Assembly (NCBI RefSeq): GCF_963921235.1
Contig: NC_086110.1
Location: 13,144,001-13,208,000, forward strand
Direction: 5' to 3'
Length of the DNA: 64,000 nt
From: Mobula hypostoma
Lineage: Eukaryota
Every line of letters starts with the position of its first letter. The first letter of the stretch is position 1. The notes under the pieces were generated by a model. It made no database searches, was not told where the DNA came from, and saw only the letters and a list, made by a program, of their open reading frames with translations. Of this stretch, positions 51,579 through 63,527 are shown in pieces. Made by a program: the position numbers and the translations under genes.

Positions 51579-52765
51579 AGGGCTTTTGACAAGGTCCCAC
51601 ACAGGAGATTAGTGTGCAAACTTAAAGCATACGGTATTGGGGGTAAGGTATTGGTGTGGGTGGAGAATTGGTTAGCAGACAGGAAGCAAAGAGTGGGAAT
51701 AAACGGGACCTTTTCAGAATGGCAGGTGGTGACTAGTGGGGTACCGCAAGGCTCAGTGCTGGGACCCCAGTTGTTTACAATATATATTAATGACTTGGAT
51801 GAGGGAATTAAATGCAGCATCTCCAAGTTTGCGGATGACACGAAGCTGGGTGGCAGTGTTAGCAGTGAGGAGGATGCTAAGAGGATGCAGGGTGACTTGG
51901 ATAGGTTGGGTGAGTGGGCAAACTCGTGGCAGATGCAATTTAATGTGGATAAATGTGAAGTTATCCACATTGGTGGCAAAAATAGGAAAACAGATTATTA
52001 TCTGAATGGTGGCCGATTAGGAAAAGGGGAGGTGCAACGAGACCTGGGTGTCATTATACACCAGTCATTGAAAGTGGGCATGCAGGTACAGCAGGCGGTT
52101 AAAAAGGCGAACGGTATGCTGGCATTTATAGCGAGAGGATTCGAGTACAGGAGCAGGGAGGTACTACTGCAGTTGTACAAGGCCTTGGTGAGACCACACC
52201 TGGAGTATTGTGTGCAGTTTTGGTCCCCTAATCTGAGGAAAGACATCTTTGCCATAGAGGGAGTACAAAGAAGGTTCACCAGATTGATTCCTGGGATGGC
52301 AGGTCTTTCATATGAAGAAAGACTGGATGAACTGGGCTTGTACTCGTTGGAATTTAGAAGATTGAGGGGGGATTTGATTGAAACGTATAAGATCCTAAAG
52401 GGATTGGACAGGCTAGATGCGGGAAGATTGTTCCCGATGTTGGTGAGGTCCAGAACGAGGGGTCACAGTTTGAGGATAGAGGGGAAGCCTTTTAGGACCG
52501 AGATTAGGAAAAACTTCTTCACACAGAGAGTGGTGAATCTGTGGAATTCTCTGCCGCAGCAAACTGTTGAGGCCAGTTCATTAGCTATGTTTAAAAGGAA
52601 GTTAGATATGGCCCTTGTGGCTACAGGGGTCGGGGGTATGGAGGGAAGGCTGGGGCGGGGTTCTGAGTTGGATGATCAGCCATGATCATAATAAATGGCG
52701 GTGCAGGCTCGAAGGGCCGAATGGCCTACTCCTGCACCTATTTTCTATGTTTCTATGTTTCTATG
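51579..52765 (+). mobile_element. CR1 (HER1-like) LINE, 5'-truncated, young; partial RT ORF still open (51612-52685, 357 aa)
   Basis: Uninterrupted RT C-terminal ORF and (TTTCTATG)3 tail. Near-identical to 45339-46474 and flanked on both sides by TAA repeats. Confidence 0.95.
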
Positions 52766-52781
52766 TAATAATATAATAATA

Positions 52782-52846
<65 letters not shown>
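52766..52846. repeat. (TAA)n microsatellite with TATAA interruptions
   Basis: Directly visible. Confidence 0.96.
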
Positions 52847-52849
<3 letters not shown>

Positions 52850-54384
52850 TGCGATTGTAACTTTCAAGCACTGGGGCACCTGAATGAAGGTAGGTCCTGA
52901 GCCCTGGACGATAGGTCACGAGGACATGCCCCATACGACACCACGTAGTTTTGGACGAACGTAAGTTAATGCAAGATGAGTGAAACAGTGTATAGTCAAC
53001 AATGGATGCATTAGTATGAACATGGTAATGTTACAGAAATCTAGATGTGTGGACATGCTGTGTCCTAGCAAATAAAGTGCTTTGATAATTCAGAAAATTT
53101 CGGGTCACTGTCACTAATGTGCGATGATTAGTCGACGTTCCTTGCTATTGTTCTGGGAAAGCAATCCGATGGAACAGTTTCAAGCAGAGTATTGCAGTCC
53201 GAGTAGATAGAAAAGAAATGTCTGCTTTTGTGCTTCCTTGTGCACTCCTGGGCGTGAGGAAATTACTGGGGGACTATATATGCGTGCCAATGTGGATGAC
53301 TAAATCTAACAGTTGGCCTACATCACTGCGTGACTGGTTATGATTTGTGTATGCGACCCGCTTATCTGAAATCCACACGCTCACCGACCAACTCTTCCGT
53401 TTAGTGAAACAGTAAACGGATTTAATAATTGTCATCAATCCTTCCAAATCTCTCTGTGCTTTTGTGCCTCCAGATTCTAACCCCTTTTTCAGGCCCACCC
53501 CAGAGCTATAAGTATACCTCGGCTGATTTGCCGTATACCCCATGCACCCCATGCTCTAACCCGCAATGATCCTCTCTTTTCCACAATGAACAATGCCGAA
53601 CCTTAACCATGGAATTCAGTGTTTTTCTTCTCTTTTGTATTCCTTTTGCTAACCTAACTCTTTTGTTTGTTTAACAGCTCACTCACGAGTCATATTATCT
53701 GAAGTGCTCAGAAACAGAGCTTGTTTAAAATGATTCTTTTTGCTGTGCTCCATCAAGATATGGTAACGATTTTGAAACTGTATCTAAATAGACGTTCATG
53801 CCGCATGTATAGAACCTATTGTGTGCGTGTGTGTGTGTGTGCAGTTGTGTTTTCCATTGTTCTGATTTGATGGAAGTGTAAATCCTTTGTCGAAAGAGGC
53901 ACATATTCTGCATGTGAAACGCGATTTTACATCCTCAAGTGCGAACTTTTCTACATTTGCAATGACAAGATGCAACCAGTGCAGATGTATTTGCTAAACG
54001 AGACAGCACACACAGCAAAGTAACTGCACTCGCGGTTATCTAGTTTCATCATGGAAACTCCATGCGGTCAGAAGTTTCACCGCCTCCGGCGAGTAATTTG
54101 CAGATGATCACGTTATCGTGTTTAACGCTTAAATGTAAAGTAAGAAAGTTAATTTAAGCAAATTACGTCTAAAGCTATTTCTGAAAAGTATGTGTTTCTG
54201 TACTCACGATATGTCATTCAAAAAGAACAAACATTCATCAATCATTTTATATCAGTTAAAAACCTGTTTCAAATATTCAAATATTTTTCTGAGAACATGG
54301 GTTAATTGCAATGTGTGATCCTAGGCATGATAAAGTGTATAAACAGACTATATTCTGCTTATTCGGAGAATCCAGAGATACAGT

Positions 54385-54470
54385 ACACCAAATATTGAAG
54401 CAACTCAGTACGTTAGGCAGCATCTATGGAAATGAATAAACAGTCGACGTTTCAGGACGAGACCGTTCTT
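54385..54470 (+). repeat. Short interspersed repeat (possibly Penelope-derived); related copies at about 55915-56015 (-), 62130-62215 (+), 63845-63960 (-)
   Basis: Shared core AACTCAG..GGCAGCATC..GTCGACGTTTC.GG.CGAGAC appears in four places in the window. The origin label is from recollection and is not verified. Confidence 0.5.
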
Positions 54471-57400
54471 CAGAACACGAATAGACAAAATAAAGTCAGT
54501 ATCAGAAGAAAAAATCTCTTTTAATCCGCCGAACAATTGTATCCTGAAAACTTCCAGTTGGAAAAATTGTCGATTACTTTTAGCTGAAGCAGTTGCCTCT
54601 CGAAATTTAGGTGATAACACTTAAGGTTTAGTTAAGATATTGAGAAGGACAAATTGCCTTGTACGAATCTAAGCACAAATCCTAAAAAAAATGCTGGGGA
54701 AGCATTGTTTATATGTACAAAGTGTTTTCTGTCCTTTCCGTTCTCAGATTGCTGAATGGCGAATTAAATATGATTTACCGTGTTGTCATGTGCGTACTAA
54801 CAAGAGCAGAGATCTGGAACGAATACGAAAGTTTTGAAATATTTCGCTTTAAATACGGAAGAAATACTTGCAATCTCAGTTTAAAGAAAGGCTCTATTGA
54901 AATCGTGGACATTGACATTTTATGATGGTACATTTATTTAATATACCATTGTCAAAGCGTATCAGAAATGTTCCACAGCAGAGTCGATTAACAAAATGAG
55001 AATTGAAGATAATTTTTTGAGTTGTATGTTGAAACGGTTCGAGCATGAAGGCTGGGAAGATGCGATTTGGGGGGAAAAATTACTCACATTGTACTAATGG
55101 GCTAATTGGCGACAATTTGAAGTTTGTTCTAGGATCACGAAGTTTCATTATTATATTAATAAATGACAAATACAAAGAAACAAGGCAGCAAATAAGCTGG
55201 GTAGTATTTGGTGTGCGTGAGTTGAGTATGGATGGAAGCAAACGCCCTAGATGTTGTAAATTTAGAGTCCACACCAACTCAGGAAGCAACTGCGGAAAAT
55301 GCTAGATTAAGATTTTTTCGAGTTTATTGCGTTGTGAAAGCTCTCCAGCCTACCTTTCTCTCCACAGAAGGTGCCAAGCTAATCGGATATTTCCAAAACC
55401 TACTACACTTACTTTTCTTTCATGTTGTTCAATTTGTGTTAATATGTGGTGAGTCGTAACCCAGTAGAACCCATTAGTAATCTTGGGAAGATATCAGAAC
55501 AATATTATCTGTAGCAACTCTCCGTAATCGAGATCATGGAAATATTTTGGAAGTCCTACAGGATGAGGCCATGTACGTTATAAGAGTTTACCATTCCATT
55601 TTAGGACGATATCTAGGGGGTCGAGGTGTATAATTGACCCGCACATATAAAACGGAGAACTAACTTGAGAGACAATTTCTGCTCTTCACCAGATTGACAA
55701 AATGTTTCTTCTTGAAGTATTTAAATAATCTTTAAAATTTCAAGTATGCAAATATGAATGATTTAAATAATAAAAAAATAAAACCTTTAAAATTATCTCA
55801 AATTTTCAACAGTTACAGAAACGGAAAGGAGAAGGCCAGGGATGAATATTAGAAAGTTTAATTTCGCTGATCCTCACTATCTAATATCCCGGCGCGGCTA
55901 GACAATGAAGTGCAGATGAAGAGCCTCGGCCCCAGCCGTCGACTGTCTGTTTCCTTCCCATGATGCTGCCAGGCACCCTGAGTTCCGCCAACACTTATTA
56001 TGTTGCTCGATGTTCCACCGTCGGAACTCCCTTATTTCCATTTTATTGCCAAATGAGTCATCCTTGGAAAGTACTTTCCTGCTATTTACTTAATGTTTTG
56101 TGTTCAGCCAACCCCAATTAGTGTAGTTGTCAAACTATCTTGATGTTTGCGGGAATTCAAATGCTGTGCTTACTATTTCACAACGACAGATTTTTAAAAA
56201 TCATTTGAAAGATCAGTAAATTATTCATATTTTATTGCCATATCGGCCTATATACAAGCATTTAAAACAGGGTTAATAATCACAATACTTCGGTTCACAA
56301 ATAAAAACAATCGCTGTTCCAATACAGAAACTCACGAGGGCAGTTACTTATTTTCTATCTCCCTTCAATTTTTGACCATTTCCATAGAGCTGACTTTTCA
56401 AATTCTTCGTCTTTTCGCAAATATCAAAAGAGGAAACTGTATAGTTTTCTTATCATTATGAAGAAAAATGATTTTCAGTTCTTCGATACGGAGGCTTGAA
56501 GATAATGCATGCTTTCTCAGTTGCCTGTAATTTTATTCAGAAGTATTGCTTCTTTTGAGATATGAGTGAGGAATAAATTGCCAACGGGAAATATCACCTT
56601 GGATACACACAGTATTCCGGAGGTTCACCAGAGTTCACATGTGAACAGAAGAGAAGCAAGTAGAACAGAAATTATCTGGCAAGTAGCTGAAAAACATAGA
56701 GAGAAATAAGGAAAAAAAGAGATTAGCCTAATGCGAAAAAGTCATATCGCTTTGTATTCGGCTCATATCCAGTTCGATCATTAATTGGAAAGCAGGGTAA
56801 TTAATGGACATGAGGATTGCGGATGTTTGCAATCCAAAATTAAGCAGAAGACATCGGGAACCTTTTATGAAAAGGGGAAAATACAACTCATTTCTCTTCA
56901 TGGCCTGGTGAAAAATTATCAACTTGAAGTGTTCACACTATTTATCTCAGGAGATGTTGCCTGGCTTGCTGGATTTTTTCCTATGACTTCCACAGAATAT
57001 TATCAAACAGTAGCTTTAATTTTGCAGTCAACTAACTTCAATTCAGCTCCCTATTATCTAATAAAGAAGAATCAACATTCAGTTGAAACATTTATCCTAA
57101 AATAACCCTGTCAAAAGCATTTCTGAATATGTTTGTAATGAAAGCAGAGACGTTTAAAGGTGCGACATTATCCGGTGGACAAAATTGTCTCACAATTTAG
57201 AAACCCAGATTTACAGTCAGTCCTATGGCCAAACCAGAGCTGTGCTTGACACTGAAAAACGTATTCATCTTTCTGAGATCGTCATGTATTCAAGCACTTG
57301 AAATCGAAAAAACAATAAATTGAATACTTAGAAACAGAACAAAATGTCTTCTGTGCTTTTCCGCCCCAGTTAACGCTGAACAAACTTATGCTGGTGAAAA

Positions 57401-57545
57401 CATAGAGATGTAGGATTTGTCTCTAAAGTATTTAAAACTGAAAATGTATCGGCAGTCTTATTCAATTGGCAGCTAAGAGCTACCACGACAATCCCAACCG
57501 TGCACAAACAAAGCCAATTTTTATCAGTCAATTTGTTTTAAGTGT

Positions 57546-57969
57546 TTAGTAATTGGTCCGAGTTACTGCTGTATTATTTCGCACCATGAAGAATGGACTA
57601 ATGGAGAACAGAGATAGTTTCACGGGGAACTAATCACAGTACTCTCATCTTTGGTATTTAGGTGTCGAGAAAAAGGAATATTTGAAGATCAAGGCAGAAA
57701 TTCCGACAGAAAACTTACCTTCTGGAAATAATGGTTTCTGCCGCAGACACATTTTTGTATTCGGCATCACAAGTTACCTGTAACGTAAAACTAAGCTGTC
57801 CCTCGTTAGGATTGTCTCTTACGATTCATCAGATCCACAGCAGGATAAGGTTCACAACGTCCATATCCACTCCCGGATAAACTCCTCAACAAACATACCT
57901 CAATTACATGCCGTGGGATCGAATAGACAAAATTTGTTTTACCTATGAACACCTTTACGCCCCAAGCAG
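57546..57969 (-). other. Candidate three-exon coding chain of an unidentified gene (57969-57899, 57777-57719, 57597-57546)
   Basis: Donors GAG|GTATGT and AAG|GTAAGT; acceptors TTTTACGTTACAG| and TCTCTGTTCTCCATTAG|. Two 121-bp introns. The spliced frame is open to TAA. No recognised homology. Confidence 0.3.
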
Positions 57970-59663
57970 CTACATAATTTCAGAACAGAGAAGACAGGAG
58001 ATACAATTTAATAATGGTGACAAAGTTTCTTATGAAAAAGGCATAACATCCCCACCGCTTCGTGGAAATTCGGAAACATAACTGCTCAAACTGGCGAGGT
58101 GTTTGACATGGTAATCAGGATCTTAACTCCGTTCTTAGGAAGCACATGGAAGCTCAGCATTGTTTCATTGCCAACCAAGATGCTTTTGACTACTTAGTGT
58201 TGTCATTTTATAAATGGATAACAATTTATGCCCTGCCAGTTTAGACTCAAGTGTGCGTGCTAACCTTTTTTTTCTGTATCGGGTTAAAATGTTTGCTCGA
58301 TTGACTTTCCTGTTGTCTCCCGTTTACTTTGTGGAACTGTAGGAGATATTTGAAATAGCAGCATTTCCCCAATGGAACTGCTCGTGTTTATTAGATTTGA
58401 AATGGAGCCTCGGAACTGCAATCAATGATCTGAGGCTTCCTCGTTGCGTCCTTTATGGATTTTATCGCAGTACCTTTTGAATCTCTGTTATCATTAAACT
58501 GAATAAATTGCTGTTTGAAGTCTAAGCTCTCTCCTTATGTGATCAACATCCTATATGCAGAATCTATTTCTATCACAGACAGCATTTGCTGCTGCTTTTC
58601 AGTGAGTTCTACGTGCGAACTGGTCACAGCAGCGAGTAGGAAACCTGAGTACTATGCGGCCTACTTGTGAGAAAACAGACTGAAATCTGTCGATGGAATT
58701 AATTTATGAATGTTTCACGTTATATGCTTTTGTTTCATGAAACTTAAGCATTTAAATTACATGAAAATTGCTTGAAGTTCGACTCTCTCTTTATAAAGCT
58801 CCTTACTGGGAGCAATAAAATATTTCTTGATAATTTATTTAATCTTGTCAAACAGCATAAATATTTCATTATTAATTCGTTTTTGCATACGCGACCATAT
58901 GTCGTTTCTCTTTATCATCAATGCTTAGAATCCAAAATCATACATTGTGTAGGAGATATGTGCATTTCGACGTCCGGGGCAGTGTACTTGCTGTTCAAAC
59001 CAGGCTCGTTCATCATTTCCTTAATGTTTTGCAATCCAGACATTAAGCAGTGGTTCATTAGTCGAACCGTTATAAACAAACCCTGAAGGAAATTATCAAG
59101 AGAAGCAAATTTTTTATTTATGTAACACCGTCCCCACCCGTCGCATCTTAAAGTCTTTTGGCCGCATGAGCGCAACTACCCTATTGGTAGAAACCAATAG
59201 GGTGCTACTTGACCGAAGGTATATGATTCAAATGGAGCAAAACTGCAAAGGTAAATTGGAATGAAAAAATATTGTTACTATTTTTGTCCGCCTATCTTAT
59301 TAGACTTTTTTTTAACTCTTAAGCAGATTTCCATCGTTAACATCAAAATGTGCAGAGTACAGATTTGAATTTATATCTCAATAAAGATTTGGATAATTCC
59401 TGTATTCAGCAAGAGGGCAAGATTTCCAACATAATCACGAAAGCACTAGGTAGGCCATGTAAAAATTAGAATTGTAAGAGTTCTTATTTTCGTCCCAGCC
59501 GATACAGGGTTTAAATCTGACCTACATTATTCTGTCTTGCGGTAGCGTCATCCTGCGTCATGTTTACATAATTAATACATTTCCTCACGAAGTCCTTTTC
59601 CTTCAGCAAATTGTTTAAAATACCACATGTATTGCAAGAATTGGTCGATTTGGTTTCTGTAAA

Positions 59664-59718
59664 ATGGCGGAGAAGTTTACGGTTTCGTACATGGTACTTC
59701 TGGCTATTACTTGGCTAA
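59664..59718 (+). CDS. Leader (signal peptide) exon of an Ig-superfamily V-C1 gene
   Basis: AAAATGG start context; encodes MAEKFTVSYMVLLAITWL; phase-1 donor A|GTATGC at 59719; 203-bp intron to the V exon. Spliced leader reads ...WLIVKVTA/NEVSQFP. Confidence 0.8.
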
Positions 59719-59921
59719 GTATGCTGATTTATACACGCCGTTTCCGAATTGAATATTCTATTTAATAATATTTAACCCTGGGTGCCTGCAGCATATTCGG
59801 TTACCGTTTCTCGTCTATTCGGCCGTTTTTCGCTCTTAGATGTCCAGTGACTTACGTCATCAGTTTTTGTTAATTCACTGTGTTTAACTGTTATTAATAC
59901 TCTTGCTTACTTTTCCGGCAG

Positions 59922-60226
59922 TCGTCAAAGTAACTGCGAACGAAGTATCTCAATTCCCTCGGGACTTGGATGTCCTGGGTGGTGCGAATGTTACCATGTT
60001 CTGCAAATTTCCACTAACACAAGATACCGTTGACGTTCGTTGGTGGAGGGAAGGCGAGAAGTCATTTTAGAAAGGAACAGCAGAAGACAATTTACTGTAG
60101 AAAGGGGAAGAGGAACGCTTGTACTCTGGAATGTCAAATTCAACGACTCTGGACTGTACTACTGTGAAGTAAAGTTTCAGGAGCAATCTTTCGGGAGAAG
60201 CTGTAGCACCAAGCTCACTGTGTTCG
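59922..60226 (+). CDS. Ig V-set exon with joined J-like G strand; frameshifted as given (T4 at 60065-60068, TAG at 60068-60070)
   Basis: Acceptor TTTTCCGGCAG| and donor G|GTAAGT (phase 1). The 5' frame gives VSQFP...VTMFC...VRWWR; the 3' frame gives LVLWNVKFNDSGLYYC...STKLTVF. Adding one T joins them into a complete V domain. Confidence 0.88.
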
Positions 60227-60959
60227 GTAAGTGTGGCTGTTTGGAGATTTTCGGCTCTGTGCATTTTACATCAAACTTAGTGATGAGGACAAAACAAAAT
60301 GTTTCTACTTGATAATACAAACGGCGAAAATGCATTTGTTTCCCGCGTTAAAATATACCCCAGTCCAGGGATTCTAAATTCAGAATTGCAAAGAACAGAA
60401 AAACTTCATGTAGCAACTATTAGGCGCATACTGGAGTTCATTCTGTTTATCGTATCGTACTTCCTCGGCTCTTTCTTACTGCTGTTTGTCCAGCCTGGTT
60501 CATCAGCTATCTCCCAGTTAAACCTAATGATTAAGGTCAGTGATACCTTAGGACTTTACCGTCATTATCGCGAAGGTACTGTGAATACAACCAATGACTT
60601 TTCAAGCAAGGTTAGGATTGTTTTGCAAGCAAGGGGCTGAACTAATATCAATATTAATATGAATGGCTGGCGTTGGATAACTCGATTCCGCATCACAGAG
60701 GACGCAAAATATTAATACTTAAATAGAGTAATCTCTATCAAAGGATCTGCCTGTAGCAGCACAATGCTCCATTTCCCCATCAACAAGTAGACAGGAATAA
60801 TACCCAGCTCCAAATGAGTTAATTCCAACATCAAGTAACAATTTATCGCCTGCACTGCAAATTGTCATCCCAACTTTTTTCATGCAGGATTAGCAAAATC
60901 TAAACTTCTTTCACCATACAAAATGGGGAGTAATAGAGACCTCTCGAGTTCGAGGTGAA

Positions 60960-62110
60960 TATTGCTGGGTTAGATCGTAAAGGGTTGAAAGTCCAGCGCA
61001 AACCCACATTCAACATGTCCGCTGGCAGCTCATTCCACAATAGCAATACCGTCTGAGTGAAAACGTTTCCGCTGATGTTCGCCTTTAATACTTCTCATTT
61101 TACGCTTAAGCTATGACTTCTAATTACATTCTCACCCAACCTCAGTGGATGAAGCAGGCTTACATGCATCAGATCTACATCCCTCATAATTTTGTATACC
61201 TCTATTAAATGTTTGCTTGTTCTGTTACGAATCGTGGGCAAAAATCCTAACCTGTTAAACCTTTGCTCGTCATTGATGTCCTCAAATTCATGCCACATCT
61301 GTGTAAGTTTTCTTTGTATTTATTCAATCGTATTTAAACTTTACTGAAGATAGGTAACCAGAATTGCGAACAATACTCCAGATTTGTTCTGAATAACGTC
61401 TAATACAACTTCAGCATGGCATCCCAACTTCTACACTCAATACTCTCATATATGGAGGCCGATATGACAAAGGTTATCTTTATGATACCATCCGCCTTTG
61501 ACTCCATTTTCAATGAATTATCAATCTATATTCCAAGATAACTTTTTACCACACTTCCTAATGCGAGTCTCGTACATCCCAGATTGGTTTGTCTTCCCAA
61601 AGTAACAGCATACAATTACCTTCATTAAATTATATCTGCCATTTTCAGTCCACCTGGTCTATAACCTGCTGCAAGCTTTGATAGGCATGCGGCCCAGCAC
61701 TAGTCAAAGGCCTTCGTTCAAAGAACAACCATCTACTACCATACTCTGGCTGCTCCCGCGAAGCCTACGTTAGACACAACTTACTCTTTCATCCTGAATG
61801 CGAAGCGAACGTACTTGATTAGCCACCCCACCCCCATGCAGAACTTTTCTAAAGTAATTGCTAAAATCCATGTTGACTATATCCACTGTTATCCTTCATC
61901 AAGATCAATGGTAACCGGCTCGAAGAGCTCATTAAGATTGGTTTTACACAGTCTGCCTTGCAAAAAACATGTTGTGTAATCAAAATCAAGCCCAGTCTAT
62001 TTATTTCTCCTATTGTTTAGAATATCTTCTAATACATTACCCAGTTATCTGTAATACCAACTAGTCCATAATATCTCGGCTTATTCCGAGAGTCCATCTT
62101 GAACAACGGC
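60960..62110 (-). mobile_element. Old CR1 fragment in the V-C1 intron (antisense)
   Basis: Reverse complement shows CR1 3' RT features (e.g. LIEVYKIMR...LGENVIRSHSL). Confidence 0.7.
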
Positions 62111-62229
62111 AAACTAGATACAAAATTGGAGCAACACACATAAAAATTGCTGGTGAACGCAGCAGGCCAGGCAGCATCAACAGGAAGAGGTACGGTCAGC
62201 GTTTCCGGCCGAGACCAATTGGAAAGCAA

Positions 62230-63290
62230 GTTCATGGGAAACTGAAAGATCTGAGGGTAAGTAATTCACCTGGATCAGATGATGAACATCCCAGGATTCT
62301 GAAAAATGTTGCTCATAAGATTGTGGATGTTTTAATAAGGTCTTTCAATAATAACTAAATTCTTGAGTGGTTTCGATAGACAAGAAAATTGTAAATGTCA
62401 CTCCACTCTTCAAGAAGCCTGAAGGCGGAAAAGGGAAACTGTAGGCCAGTCAGTCTGACCTCACTGGTTGACAAGATGTTGGAGTCCATCATTAAGGATC
62501 AGGTCTTAGGTTAGCTGGAGACACATAATAAAACACGCACTATTCAGCATAATTTCCTGAAAGGAAACTCTCGCCAGACAAATCTGATTGAATTATTTGA
62601 AGGAATAAAAAGTAGGATAGATAACGATAGGCAGAATCGGTTGTTGTGCACTTGGATTTTCAGAAGGCCTTTGACAAGGTACCACACACAATGCTGTTAA
62701 ACAAGCTACGAGCCCAAAGTATTACAAGAAAGATATAGGGTGGATAAAGCAGTGGCTGGTTGGTAAGTGACAAAGAATGGGAATAAAGTGAGCATTTTCT
62801 GGTTGGCTGCCCGTGACTAACGGAGTTCCACAGGGATCTGCGCCGTGACCGATTCGTTCAATGTTATCTGTCAATGATATGGATGGTGGAATTGATGGCT
62901 TTGTTGCAAAGTTTGCAGACGATATGAAGAGAGGTGGAGAGGCAGGTAGTTTTAGGAAATAGAGAGGCTACAGAAGGACTGAGACAGATTAGGAGGGCAG
63001 GCAAAGAAACGGCAGATGGAATGCAGTGTCGAGAAGTGTGTGAGCATGCAGTTTGGTGGAGGGTGTGAACGGTTTGTATATTTTCTAACTGGAGAGAAAA
63101 CACAAAAAGAAACATTCAGGTGGAAAGGGACTTGGGAGTCCGTGTGCTGTATTCCATACAGGTTAATTTGCAGGTTGGGTCTGTGGTCAGGAAGGCAAAT
63201 CCAATGATCGCATTCATTGCAAAAGGACTAGAATATAAGGGCAAGGATGTAATGTTCAGACTTCATAAAGCACTGGTGAGGCGTGAGGTG
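62230..63290 (+). mobile_element. Old CR1 fragment in the V-C1 intron (sense)
   Basis: DNA for RPVSLTSLV, LDFQKAFDKVPH, KFADD and VRKANPMIAFIAKGLEYK, with many lesions. Confidence 0.75.
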
Positions 63291-63527
63291 TCACGGCGTA
63301 TTTCGCATCTTGGCCCCCGAAGAACAATGTTTCTATTCGAAGTGTGTGTGTATGGTTGAGCAACAATAAACAGAACATGAAACTGAAAGGATTTATTAAA
63401 TACTGGTTAATACTGGCGGGTAACTAATTTGATAGTTGAACGTCATGCTAGTTGGAGGGGAGATAAGGGAAGTTACCTGTACTGATATGGATTGAAAATA
63501 CTCAATATAACTATGATTTTACTCAAG

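Noticed and set aside
51612-52685. 357-aa ORF as a host gene
   Set aside because: It is the C-terminal part of CR1 reverse transcriptase in a 5'-truncated copy with a non-ATG start.
53678-53733. Strong acceptor TTTTGTTTGTTTAACAG followed by short open frames (possible terminal exon)
   Set aside because: Three alternative short readings and no supportable upstream exon; cannot be distinguished from chance.
59862-59882. RSS-like pair AGTTTTTGT (59862-59870) and CACTGTG (59876-59882) in the leader-V intron
   Set aside because: The spacer is 5 bp, not 12 or 23, and it lies in an intron upstream of V, not at a coding end. No nonamer is found at 12 or 23 bp.
60216-60222. CACTGTG heptamer in the V exon
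   Set aside because: It is simply the codons for L-T-V; no nonamer at a valid distance.
5-63359. Numerous short antisense or off-frame ORFs in the ORF track
   Set aside because: They overlap TE coding sequence on the other strand or frame, or microsatellites (e.g. CVCVCV, YYYYY), and show no independent motifs.
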